64,000 nucleotides of DNA from Camelus ferus. Taxonomy: Eukaryota. The notes beneath the pieces were generated by a model. The model ran no database searches, was not told the origin of the DNA, and worked only from the letters and a program-made list of their open reading frames with translations. The stretch is from positions 21,824,001-21,888,000 of the forward strand of contig NC_045713.1 in NCBI RefSeq assembly GCF_009834535.1, in the 5' to 3' direction. Positions 21,501 to 34,600 of this stretch are shown here, piece by piece (the first letter of the stretch is position 1; each line of letters starts with the position of its first letter). The translations under genes and the position numbers were made by a program.

Positions 21501-24500
21501 CACCACTTCAGGTGGGAGTTCCTTTGATGGTTACTTTTATGTCCAAACAAACACAGATTCTTGGGAAAGAAGTCTCTGGGGCCAACTTAAGAACCCGCCA
21601 CTGGCCGAGGTCAGGACTCCATGAGCACTAAGAGAAGTAACAGCAGGGAAGCCGGACCCACGTTCCCACCCACCAGCCCTTAAAGACACTTGGAGAGTAA
21701 TGGCTGCTGTTGGCAGATGCTGGGGACCTGGTCCACAAGGACAGACTTGTCCACCTGTGCCCCTTCCAAGCCTCAGGAAACCCATGAGCTCGCGAGGCTG
21801 CATCCCTCCTGAAGGAACAACAGCTCTGACTGCTGCCCCCTAAAACCCCCGCCCTCAGACAAAGGCATCACCAAGAGGCACGAGCCCTCCATGCTTCCTC
21901 GTGGGACGCACAGCGTTCCCAGGAGGAGGTGATGTTGGGACTGACTGGTGTTAACCAGACCCTGGCCTGGCCTCCAGACCTCTTGGACGCCAGAGAAGCA
22001 GGTCCAACAATGGTCATGGAGACTCCAGATGACCTGATTTTTTCCACAAGTAAATTACAAAGGAAAAGAAGTGGCAGAAAAGAGAAAAGACTGAGAAGAC
22101 CACAAGGCTCAGGGCTGTGAGTGGACACGGCATGGACCCCGTGCCCACAGGTGTGTGCAGTCCTCGTCCTGGAACTCCTGGGACTTCCCAACTGGGCTTG
22201 GGCACAGAGTACCTGGGGGGGATAGAGGGCTGGCTGCCTTGCCTGCACCAGGGGGAAGCCCCTTGGAGGCTTCTGCAACCTTACCTGGCTCCTGTGGCCG
22301 CTGATGAGGCGGGTGTTGGTGCCCTCGGCCCAGCTGACGTACCAGAGAGTGCCAGCCGTGGTGCCCACCACACCCATATCCATGCTGTCGTGGAAGACCG
22401 CGCTCACGACAGCCCCATCAAGGGTCAGCTCATGCTCCATGAACACAGAGTGAGACCTAGTGGGGCAGTGGGTCAAAGGGGTGGCAGTAGTGAGAGCTCA
22501 GGGAGCCAAATGGTTTGGCCCCTGGGCCCTGGCCTTGCCTGAGCATGTCCCATTGGGGACAGACCCAGCTGGTGGCAGAGAGCTGGCTCACCTGGCACCG
22601 GAGCCCTTGCGCCTCAGCTCTGGCACAGCCCCCACGGCCCACAGGCGCAGACGCCTGGTGTTGCTGCCGCTGACCAGCCGCGTACCTGAGCACAGCAGCA
22701 CTCCTAGGGGCAGGAGGTGGTATGAGCCCTGTCTCCAGGTACCTGGAACCCAACATGGGGTCCCAGGGAGAGCCGAACCCCGAGCTATCAAGGGCCACAG
22801 GGGTTCCATGAGATACCCACCAATCTCACCGTCGTCGGCCTCCCAGACCAGGAAGCAGCGGCCAGCACGTGTGTCCCAAACGCACACCTGCCCAGCATTG
22901 GAGCCACAGTACAGCAGGGGCGCAGGCCCGAAGCAGAGCGAGGTCAGCTCGCACGCCCCCACCTCCTCCGGGATGGGCTCCTGGTGGATCTGGAGGGACA
23001 TGAGGGCAGCGTGGGTCAACGATGCCCTAGGGCCCAGCCTGAGCCCATCTTCCAAAACCTCCTCTGAACCTAGGCACCTGGAGGCTGACGTCAGCCCCAA
23101 GCTGCAGCAGAAGCCACAAGGTGACAGCACCCCGGCCCACACAGGCGAGCACACCACCATCCCAGGGGTCGAAGGCCACGCCATGGACTGGTTCCAGGAG
23201 GCACACAGAGGTCATGAGCTCACAGGTGGCTGTGCTCCACAGGGCCAGGGTGCGGTCACCATAGTCCCCTGGGGGAGATGCACAGAGTCAGCTACCCAGA
23301 GGTCCCAGTATAGGCAGGGGAGTCCGGAGGCCAGTGCCCCCCACCAACCTCCCTGCTGACCCAGTGTGACAAGAAACCCGTCATCTGGCGAGAAAGCCAG
23401 GTCTTGGACAGCAGTGCTGTGGTGAGAGATGAGCTGCCGGCAGGAGCCCCCTTGTACGTCCCAGAGGCGGATCTGGCAGTGCAAGGCAGTACTGCTCTGG
23501 ACGGAGGCAGAGGCCAGGATCTGGAAGACAAAACAGCAGGTGGTGAGCAGAGAGGGCGCGAGCCATGGGCCCACCCTTGCTCTGGGTTAAGGGTGCCCCT
23601 CACAGTGCTCCAAAGGCAAGAACCAGAGGTGGTTCAAGGACCCAGCCTCTAAGGCGCACCTTGGCCCGGGGCGTTCAGGGTAGGGAGCGGGTTGGGCACC
23701 TGAGCATAGTGGCTGAGGGCCAGTGTGGAGATCTCCTCGGGGTGGCCGACCCAGTGCTGCTGGGCGCCAGAGTGCAGGTCCTCCACCACCACCAGGCAGC
23801 CGCACGTGTAGGCGAAGAAGCCTGAGAGCAGGCAGGCAGTGCCGTCAGCTGTGGCTGCAGTGTACCCCCCTGCCCCCACCCAGACTCCTGATCAGGGGAG
23901 GCAAGTGTGTGTGAGCTGCAGCACCCAGTGCCACCAGGAGAATATGCCCACTCTGGGACCTGGCCTATAGGTGGTCAGAGCTGAGCCCCACCTTGCAGCT
24001 TCTGTGCTGCGGCCCCCACCTGTGTCTGGCCTCCAGACCACATTGGCCCGCCCGTTCCCATTGTAGCCCACGACAGCCTTCAGGTGCAGCTGCTCGTCGC
24101 CAGCGGGGGATAAGGAGAGATCCTGTGAGGAAGTGGACCCAGGACACTGGTACCCCAGCACAGCCTGGCCACCCAACCCCTACCATCTCAGGCTCTGCCT
24201 GTCAGGCCGGGGCCTGGGACGGAGCCTTGGGAGGTATGTGCTCCCAGGAGAAGGCAAACAGAGAATTTTGGGCACCAAAGACAGTATAAGGTGGCCAGCC
24301 AGGGATGGGAGCTGGGTATGCAGACACGGAAGCAGATGGAGATGTGGGAAGCACCTGGGGCAGGGGGAGGCTGGGCAGAGACTGCAGGACCCAGGGGCTC
24401 TTAGGGAAGGTGACCTGGGCTGGACAAGGCACAGGGGAGGATGCAGAAGCGGGGGTAGGAGGGAGTCAGGATGGTGGGTTGGAGAGGGTGGGCTCAGCTA

Positions 24501-27500
24501 GAACATTGCCTGGGTCTAGACGGCAAGACAGCAAGAGCCTTAACTAGCCTAGCAAGAGCACAGGGCTCAGGGCAGAGAGGTGACCCATGTGGTGACTTGG
24601 AGCAACCCCAGAGAAACCCCATGGCATCTGTTTTTACTGGGGAGAAAGAGAATCCCCAGAAACTACAGGGCTGTGCTGCCCTGACCCCTGGGCCTCTGGG
24701 GGCTGTGAGGACCCCTCCAGCCGTGGCCAACCTTGGCCAGCGGGGAGGCCTTGTAGCGTGCCATGAAGTGCTTGTAGGAGTCTGGGCGGGTGGTGGGCTG
24801 AACCCTGGCTCTCCTGGTGCTGCAGGTAGCTGTCAGGGAGGGAGAGAGGCCACAAAATGTCATCAAACCACCTGTAACCAAACAGTGATTTGTCCCTGCA
24901 ATCACTTTACCCTGGCTGGCGAGATGCCTGGGGTCAGAGGGCACAGTGATTCATGCCCCACCGTCCACCTAGCCCAATAGGGCTGCAGGCTCTACATCTG
25001 CCCTGTAGGTGAGCATGCCTTATCTCATAGAGCAAACCCCAGGCTGTCAGGGGCACTGCCCATTCTGAAACCATCTGAAGTCCACAGGGCACATGCACCT
25101 GGCCCCTGTCCAGTTATAAATGAACTTGCCCCACCCTGCTGCACCTCCCCTGCTTACTGGGCCACCCATGGGAGTGGAAAGGCCTGCTGAGGTCCCAGGG
25201 GACCCCTGTAACCACCCCCCCCCCAAGCCCCATCACCGGCCCTGCCAGCCTCCTTCTGCATAAGCACAGGTAGGCCTGAGGCCTGGCGGAGCTCCTCCAG
25301 GCCATGGCTCTCATCTGACATGGAGAAAGTGCCTGGGGAGGTGGGGGAGACAATGAGATGAGAGAACAGAGCCCCTCCCACCCCTCCCCTAGGTCTGAAG
25401 CAGCAAGGCGGTCAGGATGGGAGCTGGATGCCCATGCCCCCAAAGGCCCTCTCAGAACCCCTGCCCTCACCATCAAGGCCCTTGGAGGGCCTGGCACAGA
25501 TGCCCAGCTGGAGTGGGGATGCCCAGGATGGCACAGGCACCTGCTGCCGGGGGAGCCCACTGGCCCCAGATACCACGTCCTCCAGCTGTCTTGCCCCGAG
25601 GCCTGAGGATGGAAAGAACCAAGCTGTGCTCAGGGCCTCAAGAGATCATAGCATGTGGCAGGAGGCATGCCTGGCCCCTCACACCCACCAGCTCTGACTG
25701 GGACCCCCAGGAAAAGAACAGTGCTGGGCCACCCATAGCGGCTACAGTGCTAGCACTAGATGTCACCACAGAGCCTGTCAGTGTGGTGGGACCACTCACT
25801 AGCCTTGCACGTTGGAGGGGCCTTGGGCGAGCCTTGAACGCTGCAGAGGCAACAAGAGAGGGTGTCAGGAGAGGAGGGCACAGCAGGAGGCCTGGTAGAT
25901 GTAGATCAAGGGCAGGTACTTGCCTTCCTGGGGGGGACCTCTCAGTGGGGGCCAAAATGTCCCAGAGAAAGATGGCGTCTCCCACACTGAGGAGCTGCTG
26001 CTGGTCAGGGGTGAAGGCCACGGCCTGCACAGGCTCTGAGTGGCCAATGTATACCTGAGGGCAGCAGTGTCACATACAGAGAGACCCCTGAGGCACAGCT
26101 GGGGACCCCACCGTCCTCCCAGCACCCAGGCCTGACAGAGAGTCTGGGGACCAACCAAGAGGCCCTCATGCAATGTCAGGCCCCAGCAGGCACAGGGGGA
26201 ACCTGGGGGACTATCCTCCACCCTCCTTCCCACCCCCACCTTGCCATGCATCCGCCCAGGGCACATACCTGGCAGCTAGGGCTGGCCTGTGCCAAGTAGT
26301 CCCACACCTTGATGGCCCGGTCAGCAGCTGTTAGCAGGAAGCGGCCATCCCCACTAAGAGCTAGGGAGGAGCAGGCCACAGGGTGGACACAGCACAGCTG
26401 GGGGAGAAGATAAGAGCATATAGGACCACTAAACAGGGAAACCACTCTTCTCAGAGAATGCCACCTCTCAGGAGCAGCAGGTGGCCCAAGGCCCCCCTCC
26501 TCCAGGCACTGCAGACACCAAGGCTGGACCCAGGAAGGATGGGGAGGCTAGGCTGCCAGCCACGGTCCTGGGCTCACCTCCCGGACCACACGGCCCGACG
26601 AGGCGTCTAGCACTGCGACCATGTTTGATGATGTGGATACCAGTAGGTGGCCAGGGGGTGTGGGGCCAAAGCAGACGACCATAGCTGAGTTCAGGTGGCT
26701 GCCAGCCAGGTCCAGGGCACTGACATCAATCTTCAGCAGCTGAGGGAGAGCAGCGAGTGTCTCTGCCACGACCTCTGGGCAGAGCTTGAGCCCCCAGAGC
26801 CAGGGCCTGGGCTGTGGGCAGCCTTGGTCACCCATCCGGCACCCCACCCTGCCTGGCCCACCCGTAGCTCGTGCATCCTTTGTGTCCGTGACGGGGGCAG
26901 GGCCAAGGTCCTCTTTGAAGTAAGCGTGGCCTCCCACCTTTGCCCCCGCCATCCACCCTGGTGGATCCCAGGGGAGCCATGCAACAACCAGTCTCAGGGG
27001 TACCCACTGGGTCTGTGGGCCAGGCTGGTGTGGCCCCATCCACACTGGACACACCTCATCCAGCGAGGCTGTGCTCATGACAGTCACCATGTACTTGGAG
27101 GGACCCACAAAGGCCAGCAGGCGGCTGTCCCCACTGACCGCCAGGGCATTGGGGCTCGGGCAGGAGTCCAGGCACACCACGTTAGCTGCTGGCAGCACAA
27201 GGGGAGGCAGTCAGCTGGGCAGGCAGTGGGCACCACTGGCCAGGGACCTGCCCCCTCCCTCAACTACAGGTACCACCAGCCTGGGCTGGGCAGATCCCGC
27301 AGCAGCCAGTGCATGGGGCCTGGATGTGAAGGCACCAAGACTCCAGTGGGCACTGCATACTGCCAGGATAGCTAGTAGTTCTCCTGGAGTGACCACCAAG
27401 TGACAGCCTGGCTAGCTAGAGTTACAGTGGCCATGGGAAAAAGCAGATGTCCTCAGGTGGGCCAACCCCTACTGCTGCTTATCTCCTCCTGGGGCAGGGT

Positions 27501-30500
27501 GGGCACAAACCCTCACTGACTTTAAATTTTGGGGGACTGGTGAGTCCTTAAACCATTTGCCCCAGCAGTCTGGATAGTGAGGCTATGGAATGCAGTTTAC
27601 CACTATCAGCAGGCACCAGACGAGCCCCACCCCTACGGGGACCTGACCAGGGGATGGCTGGGAGGCCAGGGTGGGACAGGGTGTGGAGGCCTGACCTGCC
27701 ATACGCAGGATTCGGCACCAGGGGCCACCGATGTGGTACTGGGCCAGGGTGCCCTGAGAGCAGGAGCTGAACAGGAAGCTGCCGTCAGGGCTGGTGACCA
27801 GGCCGGTGATGGCTCCTTGGTGACATCTGTACCACACACGATGCCCACCACTGTGGCCCTGAGCTGTATCATCCCAGACCTCCCACAGCTCGTCTGGCTG
27901 AGTCCCCAAGGAGCAGCAGAAGGCGGGGCTTCCTGTAGAAGGACAGTCCTCCCCAGCCCTACCTGGATGCCCACACACCCCAGGGAAACCCACACACCAC
28001 CCCAGCTTCCACCATGGGTATCTGTGGGGCCAGGGACCAGCCAGGCACTCACCTATGCTCCACCAGGACCTCGGCAGCCTCCAGGCTGAAGGAGCGGACA
28101 GCCCCACTACTAAAGCCACAGAATAAGGTCGGCTGTGTGGGGTGAAAGGCGATGGCACACGGGGCCTCCTCCCGCGACATGAAGTCGTACAACTAGAGGG
28201 TGGGGCCACGTGAGGACAGACAGGATGGGGAGACCAGCTAGCCACAAGGCCTGAGAGCTAGTCTTTCTCCCAGTAGCCTGAACCTTCACTCCACAACACA
28301 GGCAGGATCCTGGGCCCCGCCCACCAGGCCTCAGCTTAGCCTCACATGGACTGTGGCCCTCTAGTCCCTCCCTCCTGGCCAACTCTCCTCCCGTCACACC
28401 CTACCTGCTGCAGGGTCGCCAGATCCCAGATGCGGACAGTGTGGTCCTGGGACACAGTGGCCAGCTGTCCCCGGCTGCAGTCAGTGGCCAGGGCCACCAC
28501 CAGAGCAGCATGGGACCGTACCAGCACACTGTATTCCTGGGATGGGACATCTAGGAAGCCCAGGTGGCCCAAGGAGGTGGCGGACAGCACACGCAGGCCA
28601 TTAGGGCTGATGAGGACGGAGCTGATGGCGCCCTCATGCTCTGTGGGCAGGATGGGCCAGTGACCACCCAGGCCTGAAGTGGGGTGGGCTTGGCACCAGG
28701 GCCAACTTGAGCAGGCTGACCACATCCAGGTTGCGCCCCCTCCCAGGACACAGACAAACCTGTTTCCCTGCTGTCTGGAGCCCTGTCTCCCTGTGGGTTG
28801 GGACAGGCAGCTCCCCCATGACCACCCACTCCTAGGCTCAGCAATGGTGGACCCCACGCTCAGGATGTGGCCCCTTTGAGCCCCACATATTGCCATCCAG
28901 CCCAGAGACACTGCCCTCCTGTGGCAACCCAAGTGGCAACGTGTTAACCACAGCCCCACCTGCCTCCAAGAGCACAGAAGAGAAGTCCAGGGGCCAGAGG
29001 CGCAGGTAGCCATCCTCGGAGCCCACAGCACACATGGCCTGGGAGACACTGAGGCTGCTAATGGCGATGCCAGGGCCTGGGGTGTGGGGATGCAGGGTCA
29101 GCCCAAAGCATCAGGGCTGTTCCCCCAAACACAGTGGGGCCCACCTACCTGAACTAAAGGTCTGCTTCTGTGGAAGGGGGCCACCAGGGGTCTGCATGGG
29201 CAGGAGGCGGCGAGCATGCCGCACGGCCATGTGCTGGTGGTCAATCTCTAGGATGTGGCCACTGCGGCTACACACATAGCTGCTTGGAGAGATAACAGGT
29301 GAGAGCTAAAAAGGCAGGAAGGAGCAGGACCCCACCTGGCTGGTTAGGGGAAGGAGGGCAGTGCTCACAGTGTGTGGCCGTCCTGGGCCTGCCTAAAGGC
29401 CAGGTCAGTGAACTCCAGTGCGTGGTGCTCCCCCAGGTCCACAGGGCAGAAGCGCAGCTCCCCGCCTCGCAGCCGCCACAGCCGCACACTGCCCCGGCCG
29501 CACGATGCCATCCTGCAAGGGGTGAGAGGGTGAGCCAGGTAGAAGGGGAGGGCTCATGACTTGGCCCATCCCAGCACCAAGGGTAGGCAGGTGGGCAGCT
29601 GGTCACCTGGTTTCATCAAAAAAGGCAACTTCAAATGCCTGGATGTCAACATCGGTGTGTGCCTTCGCGAGAATGACAGCCTCTCCACCTCGCCCCACCT
29701 GGTCTGTGGCCCACGCCACCACCATCTGCAACAGGCCCACGTTGAGCACCCACTCACTTGTCCGCCTCCCTGTCTGGCCTCTCCCTACAAAGCTGGCCTG
29801 AGCCTTCAAGGAGCAGGGTGTAAGGAAGTCAGCCCCCACAGCCTGGAGGAACTTTACATGTGCCCACCCCAGGCACCCACAGACACATCTGCAGAAACAA
29901 GGAGAAGATGCCAACCACAAGTAGAAGAGAAGCCCTGGGTGAGACACCCAACTTCATAGAAGCTGACACATAAAACACGGCTGTCTCAGGCCTGCAGAAC
30001 CCACCACCAAAGAGGGTGAGATGAGTCATTAAAAGGTTCGCTCCGTCCAGGAGGGATAAAAACCGAGAAACTCCAAAGGATGTGTGGGGCAGGGGTGCCC
30101 ACTGGGGCTGGGGGAGGTCAGCGGGGGATGTTTGTTCCCTAAGCAGTTTGGACTCAGCTTGTACCCTGGAACAGGCGGCTCCACCTCCCTGGCCCGGCCC
30201 CAGTACCGTCCGCCCATGGCGGTCCTTGCCGATGCCACAGAGCAGCGCCCCGCTGTCCGAGAAGCTGCAGACATAGAGGAGGTGGTCAGTGTTGTTGGGG
30301 CCGGTCCCCACCCGCCTTGGAGGCCCTGCACCCACCTGAGGGAGGAGATGGTGAGGACTGGGCTCTGAAACAGGGACAGGCACTCCCCAGTCTGGAAGTC
30401 CCAAAGGCGCAGCATGCTGGGGGGCCGCGCCTGGGCTGAGGCAAGCAGTGAGCCGCTCCCATCCAGGGCCAGGGCAGAGACCTGGAGAGGCAGCAGGTTT

Positions 30501-33500
30501 GGGGAGGGCACATGCCTGCAGATGCTAGCCACCCTTGGGCTGGGGCGGGTGGGAGGGGTGCCCACCTTGTCTGTGTGGCCAAGGAAGAGACGCTGCTCCC
30601 GGGTGTCGACATGCAGGATGACAATGACCGCATGGCAAGGGTACACGACAGCAGCCCCATCCCGGGTCCACAGGGCCTGCATACATAGGCCAGAGGCTGA
30701 GGTCACAGGCTGGCTGGCCTCATCCCCCTACCTCTGCATTCCTCCAAGTCATACACACAGGAGTCAACGGGATGCACATGTGTGTGCACGTTTAGAGCTT
30801 CCTCTAAGCCCTGTTTGCAACATGAGAAATTTCAGGGTGCAGGTAACAAAAGGCCAGAGAGCCTACAAAGACTGAAAGCCCACATCCAGGAGGGCCTGCT
30901 GCCCCCGCAGGGACCTGCAAGTCTCACCCACACCTGAGCCCACATGGCTGGTCTGGATCCTGGCTGGATAACACGCACCAAAGCTTGAAAGGATGTACGA
31001 GAGCTCTCTGGAAGCTCACAGGTCTCTGGAAGCTCAAGCATTTGGACCAGCACTGACTCAGTGTTTACAACACAAGGGAACAGATGCCTGCAACTGGAAG
31101 TCATCACACTGAGGAAGCACTGAGCATGTACAGATCTGGGCAGGGATGGGTGTCCACAGCAGTGAAGGGAGCCAACACCTGGGGGAACTCAGACGTCCAG
31201 TGGGGGTCTTCCCACTGCCCCTCTGCATGTCTGACACTTGTAGGACCCAACAGGAGCACGGGACCCCTCACCCATTTGGTGCTGTAACCTCCAAAGCCGA
31301 TGACCCCCTTGAGCCTCAGAACTGGATCTGGCAGGAAGCTCTGAAAGAGGCAAACTCACAGTTAGACCCCATGTAGCAAGACCCCTGTCTCACCAAGGCT
31401 GCTCCACCCAGAGCTGCTTCCTCCCTCCCAAGAAGGCCACTAGGTCCTGGTGGCATCTGCCAGCTGCTCTGTGGTAGGAAGCCAAGATGCCAGCCACAGT
31501 GCCAGACCCTCTAGTACCCAGGGTCCTGCCCCAGCCTAGAGCCTGAGATGCCCCCCACAGACCACCTCCTTATTCTTTGTTGAAAGCGATTCTTGCCCAC
31601 AGCCACCTCTTGTTGGTTCTGCTTTCTGCCAAAAAACTGAATGAGAAGCAACTGTCACAAGGAACTATCTGGCCCACGCGTATTCTGAGTACGCTAGGGC
31701 CCAGCAGCTCACTATCCATATATCATCAAATCCCCACCCCCTTGAAGGCACAGCCCAGCCCCCACCTTCCTTAGGACAGGCACTTACCTCTTGTGAGGCT
31801 GTATGTTCTGGGGCCACAGGCTCCACAGCAGGCTTTTGAGCAGATATGTGAATACTGTCACCAGCTGCACGTTTGTCAACCCAGGGGAAGGGCTCTTGGC
31901 AATGGCCACTAGGGCCACCCACACTGGAGACCTCTGAGCACTCACAGGACAGGTTGACTTCTGGAAGGGGTCTGGGTGCCGAAGGGGCCCAGCGGGACTA
32001 CAAAGAGACAGGTGCCTGTCAGCACCCTGGGGGCATCACCCCTTGCCACATCTCCCAAGGCAAAGGGTACTCACGGCTGTAGGGCCAAGCTTCTGGACCT
32101 TGAGGGACACACTGTCCTGTACTTGCTTGCTGAAGGCCACCGGATGAGGAAGAAGCTGCAGCACATGCCCCGGTAAGACTACAATGCAGAAGGGACCGCA
32201 AAGCTCACTGAGGAGAGTACAGACAGGCCTGCGAGAATGGGGCCACAAGGCACTGGGAAGGAAGGCAGCAGTGGGCCCCAGCCTTGCCCACTTGCAAGAG
32301 GAAAGCCACATCAACTGCTGTAGCCCACCACCCTACCCTGGGCCCCAGCACCCCTTCCCAGATGGAAAGTTTGAGGCCACTAGGTGCCCTAATCAGACCC
32401 TCCCACACTGCTCTGGGACTTTGGGACAGCCTCCCTTGCAGGCACCACTCTGCTGAGTTCACCTCCCCAGATGCAGCATCAGGCCCCCCTCTCCCACTGA
32501 GCTCCATGGGCCCTGCAGGCCTGAACCCAGGTCCCCACTGGCCCCACAGGCCCACCTGCCTCAGGAAGGGAACAGCTCTTCTGAACCGGTTCGGAGAATG
32601 TTTCTGAGCTGTCACTTGGAAACCTCGGCAGGGTGGAGGGAGAGTCAGTTCCCAGGGACCACCCTGCCCTCCCTGCACCCAGCCTCCCTCAGGACAAGCA
32701 GAGCCGCTTACCGGATGTGAATGTAGTGGTCATGCCACCTCTCCCCTTTCGGCACTGGGAATGCCATTTCTCGAGGTACAGGGGTGACAGGCAGCTTTGC
32801 CCTCCGGGCTTCAGCAATGGTGACAGCTACAAAAAGTGGAGTTTTTCCAGGTCCAGGGAAACCCACCCAGCTCACTTTCTCAGCCCAGGCAAGACTCGAC
32901 ACCAGGTGCTGGCAGGGTATTGCCCAGCCACTGGTCCAGCCACCACCTTCCTCAATGGGTGCCTCGGGAGCTAGGAGGCTCCAAGGTGGTATTTCATCAA
33001 GTGTCAGGGATGTGGACCCCTTCTGGGCTGAGAACCTGGGAAGGAGGGTGGGGAGGCCAACATACAGAGAGTCGGAGCAGGTGGGTGGCAGGCTAAACAC
33101 AGGGTGTGGAGGGTAGCCCTTACCTGGGTCAAAGCACAGGTCACTGGTGTAGAGGTTCCTAACTAGCAGGTTGGCACACAGCCTGATGCTCTTGAGGTGA
33201 CTGTAGCACCGGTTCAGGTAGACCAGGAGGATGTCGTGCAGGTCGATCTGCAGGCAGGTCCAGCGGGTACCAGCAGGGATCATACCTGCCAGGTCTACAA
33301 ACTGAGGTCAGCGTCTACTCTTTCACCAGCCAGCCCACAGCACTCTCTGTCCTTGGCCTGGCCCTACTTCTATGGCCACAGCCACCTGCCCCCAAACCCA
33401 GGCTGCCCCTGGCCATGCAAGAGGGAGCCTGCCCCACCGCCCCCTGGGCTTTCTAGCTTCCTGTCTCAGACCATCTGTGTCCCATTCATGCCCTATCCGT

Positions 33501-34326
33501 GTATTACCTTTCCTGGACCTCCCAGCCTCAAAGATAAAAGGGAACTGAAGCCACGTGGCTGTTGATTTGAATTCTTTGAATAGATTGGAGAAGGACACTC
33601 GGATAACCTGGCTGTCCTGTGAGAACACAATACAGCCGTGAAAAGTTGAGGCAACAGTAGTGCAGGGTCCCCAAAGGCAGCCCCTGCTCCCCAGATTAGC
33701 ACCTCGGTGGACACATCCAAGTGAATGATGAAGTGCTTGGTGGGCAAGGGCCGAAAGAGCACGTATAGGTATCGTCCTGTCAGCCCCAGTGATTGGGTGC
33801 TGGTTTTGGGGAGCTGGATGTAACTGCCAGCAGAAACAGAGCCCCGAACTCGATACACGGTGCACTTCAGGGTCTTGTCCTGGAGAGAGACATGAGAGGC
33901 GCGGTGTCCCGAAGAGACCTAGGGAGCGCCAGGGGAGATGCAGCAAAGCGTCCCAAAAGAGAGCGGAGGCCTCCGGCTCCTGCTGCCAGGTGTCCTGGCC
34001 CACGTACCGTCACGGGCGCCACGTCGCCCTCCTTAGTGGACCGCTTCCACTCATCTACCTTGAAGTGTCTGAAGACGTTGAGGAACGGGTGCTGACACGC
34101 TGGGGGACACGGAGGCATGACGACCTGCTCCCAGGAGCCAGACCCATCAAGGGACCAGGGAGGGGCTGGGGCAGGGTCTGCGCGCTCCCCAGCGATGACA
34201 GCAAGCACAGCGCGCGGACTGGGCTCCGCAAGAGTCTCTGCACCAGCCTGTCCGCGGTAGCGCCGGACCTCAGACCCCAGACCCCGGCCCCCAACCCGCC
34301 AGCCGCGCGCCGTTACCTCGAGCCAT
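18507..34326 (-). CDS. WDR90: WD repeat-containing protein 90 (centriolar; N-terminal CFAP20-like domain + WD40 repeats)
   Basis: About 42 exons traced by hand, from MAR-ACQHPFLNVFRHF (ATG 34326) to ...HNEILVWEVMSH* (TAA 18507-18509). The frame holds throughout if two GC-AG introns are accepted; one acceptor near 24820-24830 is ambiguous. Confidence 0.96.
21110..21490 (+). mobile_element. Old L1M-type 3' end fragment in a WDR90 intron
   Basis: Degenerate L1M 3' motifs (GCAATAAAAAGGAGTAAAG, GGACCTTGAAAACATGATG, AATAGGCAAACCCACAGACAC, ATTATACCTCAATATAAAGCTG followed by an A-run). Confidence 0.7.
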
Positions 34327-34379
34327 GGCGCCGCCGCTCGCGCTTCCCGCCTCTGCCGCCGCGCTCCCGACGCAAAGCA

Positions 34380-34600
34380 CGCAGCGTGCGCCTAGCAACG
34401 GCCGCTTGGCAACGGCGCCACTTCTGCCGTCACGGCGCAGGGCACGTGACCGCGCCTCAGGGGCGGGGCCTGGCGCGTGACCCGACGCGACAGGGTGACA
34501 CGTGACCGCACGGCGGCGGTGGAGGGGGGGGGTTTGGCTTGGCACGTGACCGCAGCGGGGCTGGACCGGACACGTGACTACGCAGCGGGCGGAACACCCT
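34380..34600 (-). promoter_or_regulatory. WDR90 promoter with RFX half-sites and CACGTGAC E-box cluster
   Basis: CTAGCAAC (34392-34399), TTGGCAAC (34406-34413), and CACGTGAC at 34443, 34499, 34543 and 34571, within a CpG island upstream of the ATG. Confidence 0.7.

Noticed and set aside
25215-25224. Possible WDR90 frameshift at a C10 homopolymer
   Set aside because: The donor CA|GTAAGC is out of phase with the first acceptor (GACAG) but in phase with a second AG 10 nt downstream (CTGCAG|C ACC AGG), so no lesion is required. Reads would settle it.
31005-31036. 14-bp repeat TCTCTGGAAGCTCA x2 in a WDR90 intron
   Set aside because: Short intronic slippage repeat with no functional cue.
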